Assembly (NCBI GenBank): GCA_965153285.1
Contig: OZ229115.1
From: Podarcis tiliguerta
Taxonomy: Eukaryota
Reading direction: 5' to 3' (one strand)
Length of the DNA stretch: 64,000 nucleotides
A program made the position numbers and the translations under genes. This document shows, piece after piece, positions 52,012 to 64,000 of this stretch; the stretch's first letter is position 1, and the number at the start of each line of letters is the position of its first letter. A model generated the notes under the pieces. That model saw only the letters and a program-made list of their open reading frames with translations. It ran no database searches and was not told the DNA's origin.

Positions 52012-55000
52012 AAGTATATAATGCCCATTTTTATATGCACGTTTTTAAAACTTCCAAGTTCTGAAAATTGTTTACTGGTTATTCTCTATTTAAGGAAAAA
52101 AAATGTTTTGGATTTTCATATATGTCAAATAAGTGGTTGAGTAGTCATTTGCTCCGTTGTATTGTGTGATTGTTAGTGTTATGGTATCACATCCACTAGC
52201 CAGCATCCTTTGCCTTCCCTATAGCACTTAGCAGGGCATTACTTTATTAAAACATATGTGCACTAAAAAAAAATAAAAAATAAAAAAATTAGCAGCTTTC
52301 AGTGCTTCACAGTGAAGGGAAAAAAAGCCTAGACAAACATTTTGTCAGAACCTTGCTATAAGCCAAGGTATAACCAGTAAATTGGTTGTATATACAACGA
52401 AATTGCACCCTTTTTTAAAAAAACAAAAACAAAGCAAACTAAGCAATAGTTTGGGCAGTTAGTTGTTTTTAGTGAGCATGCCGTAGTCATGGCCGCAAAG
52501 AGAGAGAGAATCAAATCTGCCCACTCAGAAGCGATGTAATTTGTATGTTGTATAGTTTTATTGATTACACTGATTTATTCTACCCTATTTTATAATGCAG
52601 GACTTTTGTAATGTTGTTTAAATGAGGAAAATTTCTGTCAAATTAGCTTAGTGGAATTTCTGATTGTTCGTTATAAAGGCAGCATTCATAGAATTGCTTT
52701 TCCCCCCTCTGGGAACTGGATTTAAGTTGAAAACTTTCCTGTTTCCTTTTTGTATGTATTTAAATACAGTTATTTTTTTTTCCTCTCTCCTTATCTCAAT
52801 AGTATAGCATATTCCTATGCTTGAGAAGTATAGGCTACTGAAGAACCATTGTAAATGGACATTGCAGATATGCTGTATTTTTGAAGGTGTTTTATCGTAT
52901 TAAGTTTGAAGATGGTAAAGTTAGGGAATTCTGATCGGAATCTCATAAAACAAATTGTTTTAAAGGCTTTAAACATTAGGTAGGCGGTCAAGGGTGTTTA
53001 CCAACAGGGGTTGTAAAGTATTAAAGACACTAAATTAAATTTTGGTTCATGTTATTATCATGCAGAAACACAGCAGTTCAGATCTGTTCAGGTGTGGAGA
53101 ACAAACAGAGTTTTATTCCTCAAAGTAGAGCAGAGAATGGAGATCTGAGGAGAGACAACTGCATGGGGTGTGCAGTCTACAATAGAGAAATAATCCTGGG
53201 TCACACTTCAGAATCAGATTCACATGTCCATTCCCCATTTCAAAATTGCTTTTTATTCTTTGTGCAAACAACTTTTCTTTCTGATCCTTTCTTTTAAAAC
53301 CGCCAGATACACAACACCGGCTCCCGCTCCCATTTTCCTCCTCAGTCCGCCCCCTGCAAAATAACACTGCTCTCTGTGAATTGACTCCACTAGTAGTTTC
53401 CTATTCTTTTGACCACTTTTCAAAACAGGACTTTAGCTTGTTGTCATTCTGCACACCCCTGCAATAAAGTATTTATTAATCATGTTATATAGTGATATCC
53501 AACGTCAGTCACCGGGAGTATACCTTGGCTGTTTGGTGATCTCTCCCTCTTCTCTTAAGAGTTGAAAAGTGAAGGAATAGAACCTTTTTTCCCCACAGTA
53601 TTCAGTCAGCCCACAGGAATATGTAAAATTCCTCTACCTAGTTTTCTTTCACAGTTTTCTTTTTGTTCCATATATTTTGCAGCTTTGTAGTAACAGTGTT
53701 AACATTTACTGTACACATACATACATACATACACACACAAAACAAAAGACAAAAAAACCAAGATACGTGGCATAAAACAGGTATTTTTCCTTGTGTTTTT
53801 TTTTCTTTTTAAACAAAATGTCATTTAATATTATACTTTACATTGTGTCTCTGGAAATATCTTTCTTTTTTAAAAAAAATGATTTTACTTTGGTAGAAGG
53901 CCTCCATAGAACAAACATTGCAAACCACGACCGGCATGAAAATGTAAGGAGAGCTTCAATGGCACCTAAAAGAAACTCATCTTTCATGAGATCTATTGGG
54001 GGAGGTCTCATGAAGTGAACTCTGCCTACCAGGCAAGGTTTCCATTAAATCAAGCTTACAAAGCCAATTTTGTCTTGAAGTCAATGCATGTATTACTGTT
54101 TGACAGTAAAACCCGGCTATGCCACCATCAAGTCCAAGGCTGTGCAATAGTCTAATTAGTATNNNNNNNNNNNNNNNNNNNNNNNNNNNNNNNNNNNNNN
54201 NNNNNNNNNNNNNNNNNNNNNNNNNNNNNNNNNNNNNNNNNNNNNNNNNNNNNNNNNNNNNNNNNNNNNNNNNNNNNNNNNNNNNNNNNNNNNNNNNNNN
54301 NNNNNNNNNNNNNNNNNNNNNNNNNNNNNNNNNNNNNNNNNNNNNNNNNNGATTTACAAAAATGTGACAACTTGGGGCTCAATTCACTCTGCTTTCCAAC
54401 AATGTAAATGCATAGCAGTGTTTATCTGCATGAGAACTATGCACTAATATAAATCTGAAAAAAGAAATATATCAACNNNNNNNNNNNNNNNNNNNNNNNN
54501 NNNNNNNNNNNNNNNNNNNNNNNNNNNNNNNNNNNNNNNNNNNNNNNNNNNNNNNNNNNNNNNNNNNNNNNNNNNNNNNNNNNNNNNNNNNNNNNNNNNN
54601 NNNNNNNNNNNNNNNNNNNNNNNNNNNNNNNNNNNNNNNNNNNNNNNNNNNNNNNNNNCTTCGCTGTCTGTCAGAACCTTCTGATATAGGTGATGTAAAA
54701 TAACCGTACAATATTAATGCATGCTATTCCATAATGCTTAGTGAGCTGTATGAATATTACTCAAAGTTATGTTAGTCTTTTTTTCTGACTTGGTTCTTGT
54801 CAGATAGGTTTAAAGATATTTCACTGAGAACACAAATTCTGTTTTTTTCTCTCCTTGATTTTGGGTGTTTTCAGTATTTTGGATATATACATTTAACTTA
54901 AAATTCAGTATTATTTGTTGGGGGCAATTTTTTTATTAATAAGGGCAGGCATAGGGTTTGAAATCAGAAATCCATGCCTGGTGGTATTTTTTCCTTTGCT

Positions 55001-56120
55001 TAGAAGCATCCATAAGAACTCTTAAGAGCTTATCTCAGAAGAAAAATAAGACATCATTTCAATGTAAGGAACAATTCTCCAACTTGGAACTGACATTGAA
55101 AGTGGTTTCTTCGTTGACAGTGTTTAAACCAGGTACCCATGCTTGACCCTTCTTCACATCAGACCTCCTCATATTAAAACAAACTTTTAAGAACCTTTTT
55201 AAAAACCCAACCTCATGTGGCTATTTAGTTTCATGCACCGTTGCAATTTTTTCCTTCAAAAGTCTGTATAAACTTTGGGCCCGATTCATAAATAGTCACT
55301 AGGCATTAACATAGGATTTTGTTGTATGATTCTTACCCCAAATTTGAGGTCCCCCTCCTCTGTCCCCATGACAAGAACAAATTTTAGCATGTTATCGTTA
55401 CCAAGAGTTCACCTGATTTCATGTCCATCAGGAGGCAGAACACCTTCAATATACGCATCATTTGACAAGGGGAAGGATCCCTAGAAGATAATAAGTTGAT
55501 GAGAGCATCCTTATTCTGCACTTTGCACAGATAAGGGATTTTTACTGTCCAGCTGAACAAAAAGATAATTCTCTTGGCCATAGCATAATCTGCTAGACTT
55601 TGTGCAGAGGTTTTGTACTTCACTTCATAATCTTTCCGAGTGCAAAGCAATGTTAGAGCGAATACTTCTAATTCAGTATTTCACTAGATTTCATGTACTC
55701 ATTCCTGCATCCTGCATCCTCATTTACAGCAATGCCTCAAATCAGTGAACTCCCACCACTACCCCAAGATAGAAAGGATGAAGCCAGGAATCATCATGAT
55801 CTGTAGTATAAATGCAAGAGCTGAAAAAGACCTTGGCAATTCCATGTAGAGAAGGCATTCTACTAATCTGATCTTGGAGAGCACAAATATTGACTAGAGC
55901 AAAGTGTCTGAGTGGACAGTCTCCCACCTGTACCTTCACTTTTGTTGCTACTGTAAGAAGGCAGGAAACTGATTTTGCAGCCACTTTGCAGGCTTGCAAA
56001 ATGTGTTAGTGGGAACATTCAGCAAATGAGAATACCCACAATTGACCTGCTGTTGGCTTCTTTGCACAATTAGACAGTCACCGGCTCACTTGCTCAGTTC
56101 TGCCAATCAAAGTACTTATG

Positions 56121-56426
56121 GACACAGTGCAACTCGCTCCCACTGGAGGCAGTGATGGCCACCAACCTAGGTGGCTTTAAAAGAGGATTAGACGAATTCA
56201 TGGAGGAGGGGGCTATCAAAGGTCCATGATGACTATACTCTGATTTGGCATTTGGAGGCAGCAGTGTTTCTGAATACCAGTTGCTGGAAACCACAGGAGG
56301 GGAGAGGGCTCTTGTGCTTGAATCCAGCTTGTGGGTTTTCCATAGGCATCTGGTTGGCTACTGTGGGAACAGGATGCTGGACTAGATGAGCCATTGGGCT
56401 TGATCCAGCAGGCTCTTCTTCTGTTC
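56121..56426 (+). mobile_element. CR1 LINE 3' fragment inside the inferred NFIA 3' UTR
   Basis: Encodes a remnant VMATNLGGFKRGLDEFMEE (CR1 ORF2 end), then the 3' UTR ..aggatgctggactagatg..tgatccagcaggctcttcttctgttc. Confidence 0.85.
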
Positions 56427-56799
56427 AAATATTAAGAAATTCTTTTTCATTTTGGTGTAACAAAATGGACATGTGAGAGATCTGCTGCAAAATAACCTCA
56501 GCCCTGTGTTAATACCCCTGTGTCTCTACTTTTTAAATGAATCGGGTCCCTTGTGCCTCTAGTATCCTTGTATTAACTCTCAGAGTTATCATTTTAGTTT
56601 TATTATGTTCTGTGAAAATTTGCAATTGGTTGAGAATCACTGTGGGCATCCATTCTTTTTTCAACTAAATCTCTGCAGGTTTTTGAGCTGGTGTGGATTA
56701 GTTTAACTCTTGTATTCAACCATTAGTGCTACCACCCTCTCACATTACAATACGATTACTGGAAGCAAGTACTGCATTTCCTATGCAACAAAAAAGGAA

Positions 56800-56805
56800 A
56801 ATAAA
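56800..56805 (+). terminator. Candidate distal polyadenylation signal
   Basis: AATAAA in ..ggaaAATAAAaaattgctaatgcta, followed about 30-60 nt later by GU/U-rich sequence (cagtgtgtatg..tctttttgt); repeat-containing sequence resumes soon after. Confidence 0.65.
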
Positions 56806-56998
56806 AAATTGCTAATGCTAACAAGACTTCTCATTCTTTACAGTGTGTATGCAAGTATCTTTTTGTATCTCTTAAACTCACTGTAGTGGGAGCACAGTTT
56901 TTAGGTGATATAGTGAAACAAGACATGTTGAGATCATTGTATGACGGCTTGATATAGCACCCAGGATGCTCCACTGAAATTTACACTGGGTTACCTTG

Positions 56999-57032
56999 AC
57001 CTAATGGTCAGGGGTCCCTTTACCTTTACCTT
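56999..57032 (+). mobile_element. Sauria SINE 3'-terminal stub
   Basis: acctaatggtcaggggtccctttacctttacctt is identical to the 3' end of the full copies. Confidence 0.8.
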
Positions 57033-57610
57033 GTTGAAAAACCATATATTAGTATTTTGTTTCAACGAGGTAGCCCAGTGAAAACGTTCAGGAGAGCATT
57101 TTGGGTTCTCTTATCTAAATATTCAGTCTATACTAGGGTTCCCAGAGATCCTACCTACAACATTAAGAGTTTTGAATGTCCTCATTATTGCCTCATATCA
57201 ATTCTCACACACTTCGTTTAACCTGTTATGAAATTTAACAAGATCCCTCCTTTCTACAGCTGTCAGACAAATCTTCAAGCACTCAGTGCAAGGCACTGCC
57301 ATCTCAGTATCCCATCGTAAATGTAGATCTGTCCCAAGAAGTTTTGCTATCTGTGCTACCCCACATTCCACACTCCACATTCAGAAGCCAACTGGACTGG
57401 CAGCTTACAAATTTGCAAGACAAGCGCTGCAATACCCACAGCTGAGTTCTGGCCTGATCACCCATTGCTCTGGGCGCAGTTTCATGCTTACTTGCTGCCC
57501 GCTCCAATGTTGTAACAGAGCAGCATCACATAGGCAAAGAAATGCCTGAATGGGGGAGGATTTAACATTCAGGCTATTTAAAAGGCCCTTCTCAAATTCC
57601 ACAGGCACGT

Positions 57611-57795
57611 AAGAACCTTATTGGACTACACAAAAAATCTGTCTAGTTCAGCATTCTGTTTCACAGAGTAGGCAACTAGGTGCCTTGGGAAGCCCAAAAA
57701 CAGGACAAGAAAGCAGGACAAGACAACAGTAGCACTTTCCTTTCATTTGAAGCCTCTGGCTGTAGAAATGGTTTGTTGCTTCTGCCCTTGATGTG
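57611..57795 (-). mobile_element. Degraded CR1 3' fragment
   Basis: aagaacc..tctagttcagcattctgtttcacag..gccttgggaagccc, a diverged member of the same family. Confidence 0.55.
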
Positions 57796-60700
57796 AGAAT
57801 GATAGTCACATGCTGCATCCCTTGTTCTTTCACCAAAATGGGAGGCCTTCTGACCAAACATCTCTTCGGTTCTGTCAGACACACACCAAAAAAAGCCCCC
57901 AGGGTGTTCGGGGTTATATACAAACATGGTCAGAACTCATCCACAGCAGCTATACTAGGTTTCCAAGATAAGAAAATTCAAGAAGCCAGCAGGGAGGCGC
58001 CTAAGTATATTAGGCTTTTAAAGAGGATGAGGAGATTAGGAGGTGATCACACAGACCTGCAATAAGGATCTAGTTAAAGAAAACTGTTCTGGTTGCTGGG
58101 TGGGAGGATATATAAGTTTAAGAACAGAAAGAACATGTCAGGTTTCTTAAATTTTGTCAGAACATTGTTTCTTGGGCCAACTGGAAGGCATGCAAGACCA
58201 GGATCAGATTGCAGTTGGGGCTTGGGGAGTTTGCCAATGTCAAGCACAGTATAAGGTGGAGCCCCCTCCTTCATGTCCTTCTCAAAAGGGTGAGATCGAA
58301 GCAGTGCTCACAACTGGGGTATAATCTGAATCTTGCTCTTCATAAGAACTTTGTTGTTGTTGGCATCCGTCTGTCTTGAGAGACAATGAAATGTCCCACA
58401 AGGCAGTGGGTTAAAGGCCTACAGCATCTGTATTATGAGGTGGTATGTAGTTTTCAGCAACAGCATCCAGTTGTACATGTATATATTTATTATTATCATT
58501 ATTATTTTAACACATTCATACGAAAACATATATGAAGGATAACCATCACAAGAAGCTTTAGAAGAGGACTTGCAGCAAAGACATCGTCCTCATCTGTCAA
58601 CAGTCTGGAGTGGGGGGGGGGGGAGATTAATTTTTACCTGGTGCTGAAACAATACCAGGCAGGCCTCACTGGGGAGACCTGCCAGAAGAAAACCATTGGA
58701 AATAATAATTTTGTAGCCCTAGTGGATCCAACTTCAAGCATCTTACCTCTGTATTTCTGAAGCTCCCTCTGGGTTGAAGCATACTGATAAATAACACATT
58801 ACAGTTTAAAATACCCAGTTTCCATTTCATTCCAGATGCTATTTGTTTGCCCTGACCCAGAAGGCTATGAAGGATAGCTTAATTGTGAGGGTTTCTCCAT
58901 TGATCCTCATGGAGGGAACAAATCTGTTTGGCCAAGGCTATGCATGCAAATATCTCCTTCATAGTAATGACTGGTGAATCTCATGTGCCCAGGAACATTA
59001 TGTGCACATTGGAGCTCCTGCACTCATACAAGTTCCCTAGATTGAGTCATGGTATATTCAGCTTTTAATAAGATGCATATTTTGCAGAGGTGTTGCCTTT
59101 CACCCATAAATGTAAAATTTGTAGAGAGTAAGAATAAATACCCTAGGCTTTATATTTATTCTATAAAAGAATGAAATCCTTGCGGGGTGGTATCTACTCT
59201 AACACTTTTTCCTGGCAATTGGCTTTCATGCCTTCCCATCACTTCTCACTTACCCCTTTCTGAGCTTTGCATTTCCTCCAACCTCCCCCCCCCCCCACAT
59301 GCACACACAAATGATTTGCAGCTTGAATACATTTTATTAATCGGGCAAACCTGCTGCATTTGCATGCTCTACACTGAGCACAGAATTTGGCCGACTTGGC
59401 CTAGCAGGCAGAGAGCTGTACACCTCAGGCAGAGCAGAGTGGTGGGACTTCTGTTAACTGGCTATTTTAATCAGTATCTGGGTGGCTTCCAGATTCTAAC
59501 ATTGGCACAGCTTGGCCGGGATGGCCTAATTTTCACTGTATTAATATGCTCTTCTTGGGTAGGAAATTGCCAGCCGCTGGAGAGCCTAAACAAATGCCAC
59601 AGAAATAAATGCTAATGCTTCAAGCACAAGGAATGCTCATGGGCTTCAGTAACCTAGGTGCAAAGCTTGAATAATGGTTTAAAACAACCCTCCTTTTGTT
59701 ACAAAATACTGAAAGAGGTCAGTTTCATTTTATTGCTGCTTCCAGTCAGGGGCATCTCTCTCTCCTTCACACAAACACACAGGCTCAAATTGCAGTGGCC
59801 CAGTCATACGAGCTATAAACTAGGAACTTCCTCAACATTTAGTGCTGTGGTGATGAAGGGGCCTGGCATTGAATTTTTACCTCTGCCCTGTCAGGTAGCT
59901 TCTTTCAAGCTCCAGCCCCTGCAGCAAACAGAAATACAGTACTTCAGTTTTCAGTTGCTGTTCATTGGGAGCTGCTTCCTTTTGAACTGCAGAACGGAAC
60001 TGGGCCTTTAATACTCTACAGCCCAGCCTTCTTGCTGCTTCATATGAGTACAATTCCTATTTATATTAATACAAATGGCTGCAGAGTTATAGTGGGCTGA
60101 AGAATGCACTCTCAAGGAAAAGATAAAGATCAGATATGGTTTAATATCAAACATACAGCAAAACTCTATGTAACACATTAGAAACCTGGGCGGTTTCATC
60201 TTGCTGTACCTCAAACAGGATCAACTCAGTTCCAGTTCCCCCAGTTCCTGGCAAAAGAGGATAGCGGAGGAATGCCTCCCCTCCTGTCCTGCATTGTCTC
60301 AAGGTAAGTAATACGCTCTACTTCATCCTTCCCTGCAAATGAGGGGAAATAGCTAAACGTGCCCCTCTCTCCTTTATTCTCCAGCAGAAATGTGTTTGCA
60401 GCAGTGACTTCCGTGTTGGTGAAAGAGGAACACCACCTCTGCTGAATACAGTAAAAGATGATCAAATATCTCTAAAGCTTGGAAAGAGTCAGTACTGGGA
60501 TACTTTCCTCCATCCACCTGACCGTTTTGACTGTTGCCAGGCCAAATCTATTCCTGGGTCAGTTCCGCAGCGTTGACGTGCTGAACTATTAAAAGTGCCT
60601 CAAGTGATTGGCTGGGAGGCACAGGGCCTTCTTGGCACGGCAGGGGAAGTCCCTCAGGCCCCTTCCAGGACCCCCTGAGGCCAGGGGAAAGGGTACCTGG

Positions 60701-63700
60701 CTGCTGCCCCCTTCTGCATGGGCCTGGTCAAAAACCATAGCTATTCACCTCCACCTGCCTCTCAGGGGGAATGCAACCAAACCAAACTTCCCCTCAACCA
60801 GGCTCTCACCCTGGTTGAAGGCCACAGGCCTGTCTCACACAGTGCCTGGCCTACGCTTCTATAGTCCGACTGAAAACACAGGCCATCCCTGCGTCTCCAT
60901 GGGGCCAACCCAGCCACAGTTGATCCCACCCCCCACCCCCCACGGCAGAACCTGCTGTTATAGTAAGGCAGGCCCTGGCCAAACCCCAACCCCACAGCTG
61001 CAGTCACTCAGGCAGCAATTAGACCCCAACCTCCACTACAAACAGCAGAAAACTCTCTTAGGCTATAAAGAGACATGTTGTATCTTAAGGGAAACATGTA
61101 TATGGGTTTTCAAAAATTGCAAGCTGGAAATGCGGAGAACCGAAGGTAAGTGGGGCAGGGGAGGTAAAAGACTGAAATTGGCAGGTTTGCTTGTCCCTGC
61201 TTTTGCTGTTTCCTTTTTCTTTTTAGTTGTTTTTATTAAAGAAGGTTCATAATTAACAAGGGTACATGCAGTTTTCAATTCATAGAGGCCTTTCTACAGG
61301 TCAGTTTCATTCGCTGTGAGGACACTGCTGTCATAGAGATTGTGAGGTTGGCGGAAGCGGGGGGAGAAAGGGCATTTTCATTTTTGTGTGGAGTATTTGT
61401 GTCGGCGCTGCGAGGATAGGTTTTTTTTATCTGTTTGTTTTTGTTGGTGGTGCGAGAGGTTGGAAAGCCCAGAGTTGGTTGCATTTAGTTGATTGCAGTG
61501 ATTTTGTTTGTGTGTGTGAGAGAGAGGGTGGGTAAAGGTCAGATTAGCCATCTTGAGTTGTAGGCTGTTGTGGGGGTTTATGTTGTTGTAATAAAGGGGA
61601 ACCATGCTGAGGTGAAGGCATCCTCTTTTGGGTATGTTCCTGTTTGTTAGGAATATGGCTGTCCATTTAGGGGCCATGGAGTCTTCTGCTACATCACTAA
61701 TGTTTACTGGGATATCTCGTATTTTATTTCTCTCTCTCCCACCCACATTTTTTGCCAATGGTTAGTTCTGGAAACTTGGGAGGGGAAACGTCTCCCTTTG
61801 TAAGGAAACTGACTATATGTATATATGCTGCATATACACTACAATCACAAAGAAACGCCAACTATTACATCTGATCCTTGGCTTAGAAGTTAGCACTTTT
61901 TCAGCAACTTGCCCTGATGCAGCTTCAGTAGGTACAGAAACCTGCCTTGAAGGACTGTGGTTTGCAGTTGCAGCATTATTCCCAAACCCCAGGGAACTAT
62001 GCTGCATTTACAGGAATGAGGTTTTGGTTCTTAGCTGTTAGGGCCTAACACCAGCAGGCAAAGTGTTCTGCCAGACTTCAAGGAAAGTTGAAGTCCCACT
62101 TCCAGGGGTCAATTAATGGAACTTTAAAAAACAAAACAAAACAGACATTCACATTTTAAAGCCCAAAATGGCTCAATCACTGCATGAGAAATGACTGATC
62201 CCAAAATTTTTCATCATAGAGTGACAGTAGCAGCATTGAGATTCAAATCTCTATCCCGGCTATAAATCCTTTAACAGAATGCCTACAGAAAAGTTTCCAG
62301 TACAGAATGTCTCAGTGTCTTCCCAGCCCAGAGAGTGTTTATGATGTTTATGTTTATCCTGTGTAAGAAATGAGACTTACTCCTTCCTGCCTGAACAATA
62401 CCATCCATAGCTGTTGGGGAAAGAGAGAGAGGGAGCGAGAGAGAGCCATCTCAACTCATTTTTGCTATTTCATTTTTAATCTGGCTGGCAGGTCTCTTCC
62501 ACTGATGCAGAGACTGTTGGATCCATGATGTTGTTGATAACAAAGCCCTGGGTTGGGACACTGATCATGGTTTTAAGCTCAGGTGCTAGGTCATCCTCTG
62601 GGCATGATTGTTTTCTGAGAAAAGCCTCTTTTAACACATTCAGCCTGATTACACAAGGGCTAAATATGCCCCCAAGGTCCCCTGCATCTGCTCCCCACTC
62701 CTGACCTTCTCATATTGAACGGGTTGGTCTGAAGGATGTTGCTAAGTATGTTCACTTAGAAGCCTCATCATTATCAGAAACCCTGATAACACAGTATCCC
62801 ATTTTTCCTTTTGTCTTCAAATCTTGTCTGCCTGGTTTCGAACAATGCATCAGTCATCTTTTGACCACTCTTATCCACACAAACAAAACTTCGCCTTCCA
62901 TCCTCACAGCCTTTTGTCATGGACATCAAAAGGCATCAACCTGGAGGAGTATCCTAATCCAAGAGCAGGAACCATCTGGTCAAGAGTTTTCTGTAATCCA
63001 CGCTTGTAATGAAGGTCAAGGGGTTCAGCTGGACTCCCTCAGTGTCAATCTTCTCATCAGTTATGCTTCTGGAATATGTTTAGAAACCTTCCAGCACTGA
63101 AACAGCAGCCTCCCCTACCCCCAACCCCTTTGCATGGTGATAGCCTGAATATGTAAGGGGAAAACATAAGATTTGTTTTCTGGAGCCAATTCAAGATTCC
63201 TGTTACAGTCTCTGCACAGTCTCCGCAACTCTGTTGGTTCAGTACAGTATTCTAGTCTGGTAGCTCTCAGACATGCTTTTCCTACTGATGCGACTCTACT
63301 GGTAGAACAGTGGAGCAAATATCCTTTGCATGGTTCTTGCTTTCTTGCTGCAACCCGAAGTTTTAATTTGAGTCCTGAGTCCATTCATAGCCAGAGAACG
63401 GCTGGGAGTGAAGCAGGAGATAGTGTGCAAACAAGAAATTTCAATTCCCTAGTATATTTTAACTCCTTGAAAATTAACAAATAAAGACATTACAAGGTCC
63501 CTTGTTTGAGCTAAATATGTTTAGTTTTGGAGATATATAACCTTCAGGATTTTGCATCACCTTTCAAGCTTATTAATACTGCAGAGACAGCCTGAAGAAT
63601 TCTCTTGGATGTCGTGGGTATGAGAAAGAAAATACCAGCCTTTTAAATTCATGTTATTAGCTTATTGGGCTATTTAATCTCTTCCTTAAAGTGTAAAATG

Positions 63701-64000
63701 TTTCTAGGGACATGGGAAGAAAGGGAATGGAAAAGCATTATTAAGGGAGTAGGTTAGTCTAATGCCTTTTATCTGCCAGAGACAAGCCAGTACTGGAGAT
63801 ATTTATTGGTTCAGTACTTCGGCAACATGGTATTAATTGCCTCTGAGTGTTTTGATAGGTAGTTAGCACAAGGGTATTAATGAAAATAGCACCACTTCAT
63901 TTTAAAATTAACTACTTGGCCATTCAGCAACATGAGCTGATAAATTATGGCAATAAATTTGAAATGGAGATTTATGTAATCATAACTCAAATTCTGCTCA

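Larger units (their letters stand above)
42532..54658. other. Seven N-runs: 42532-42672, 43728-43867, 44242-44469, 50114-50253, 51041-51180, 54163-54350, 54477-54658
   Basis: Lengths 141, 140, 228, 140, 140, 188 and 182 nt, counted from the sequence. Confidence 0.97.
49321..56820 (+). other. NFIA: Long NFIA 3' UTR (about 7.5 kb)
   Basis: Follows the stop codon; A/U-tract rich, few repeats, many miRNA seed matches; ends just after AATAAA at 56800-56805. The 3' end is inferred. Confidence 0.75.

Noticed and set aside
60608-61252. 214-aa ORF, the longest in the track
   Set aside because: Non-ATG start, no recognisable domain, runs from a GC-rich patch into low-complexity sequence; most likely a chance ORF.

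Overview
Eukaryotic (vertebrate) genomic DNA, AT-rich and almost entirely non-coding. The Sauria SINE copies point to a squamate reptile, probably a lacertid lizard. The window holds the 3' end of NFIA (nuclear factor I/A) on the + strand: three internal coding exons (14293-14471, 18529-18694, 23964-24055), the terminal exon starting at 49303 (SWYLG-stop), and a 3' UTR of about 7.5 kb ending near an AATAAA at 56800. The terminal exon is read in two frames depending on whether the 92-nt penultimate exon is included. The introns carry many squamate transposable elements: Sauria SINEs, other tRNA-derived SINEs, CR1 and L2 3' fragments, hAT and Tc1/mariner-type MITEs, and a solo LTR, several of them nested. 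Seven N-runs of 140-228 nt fall only in the last intron and the 3' UTR. Apart from those overlapping NFIA exons or LINE remnants, the ORF-track entries look like chance ORFs. I found no CRISPR array, prokaryotic system or new protein-coding gene; the most interesting signals concern splicing, 3' UTR regulation and TE architecture. Exon numbering and repeat family names come from recall and were not checked against databases.
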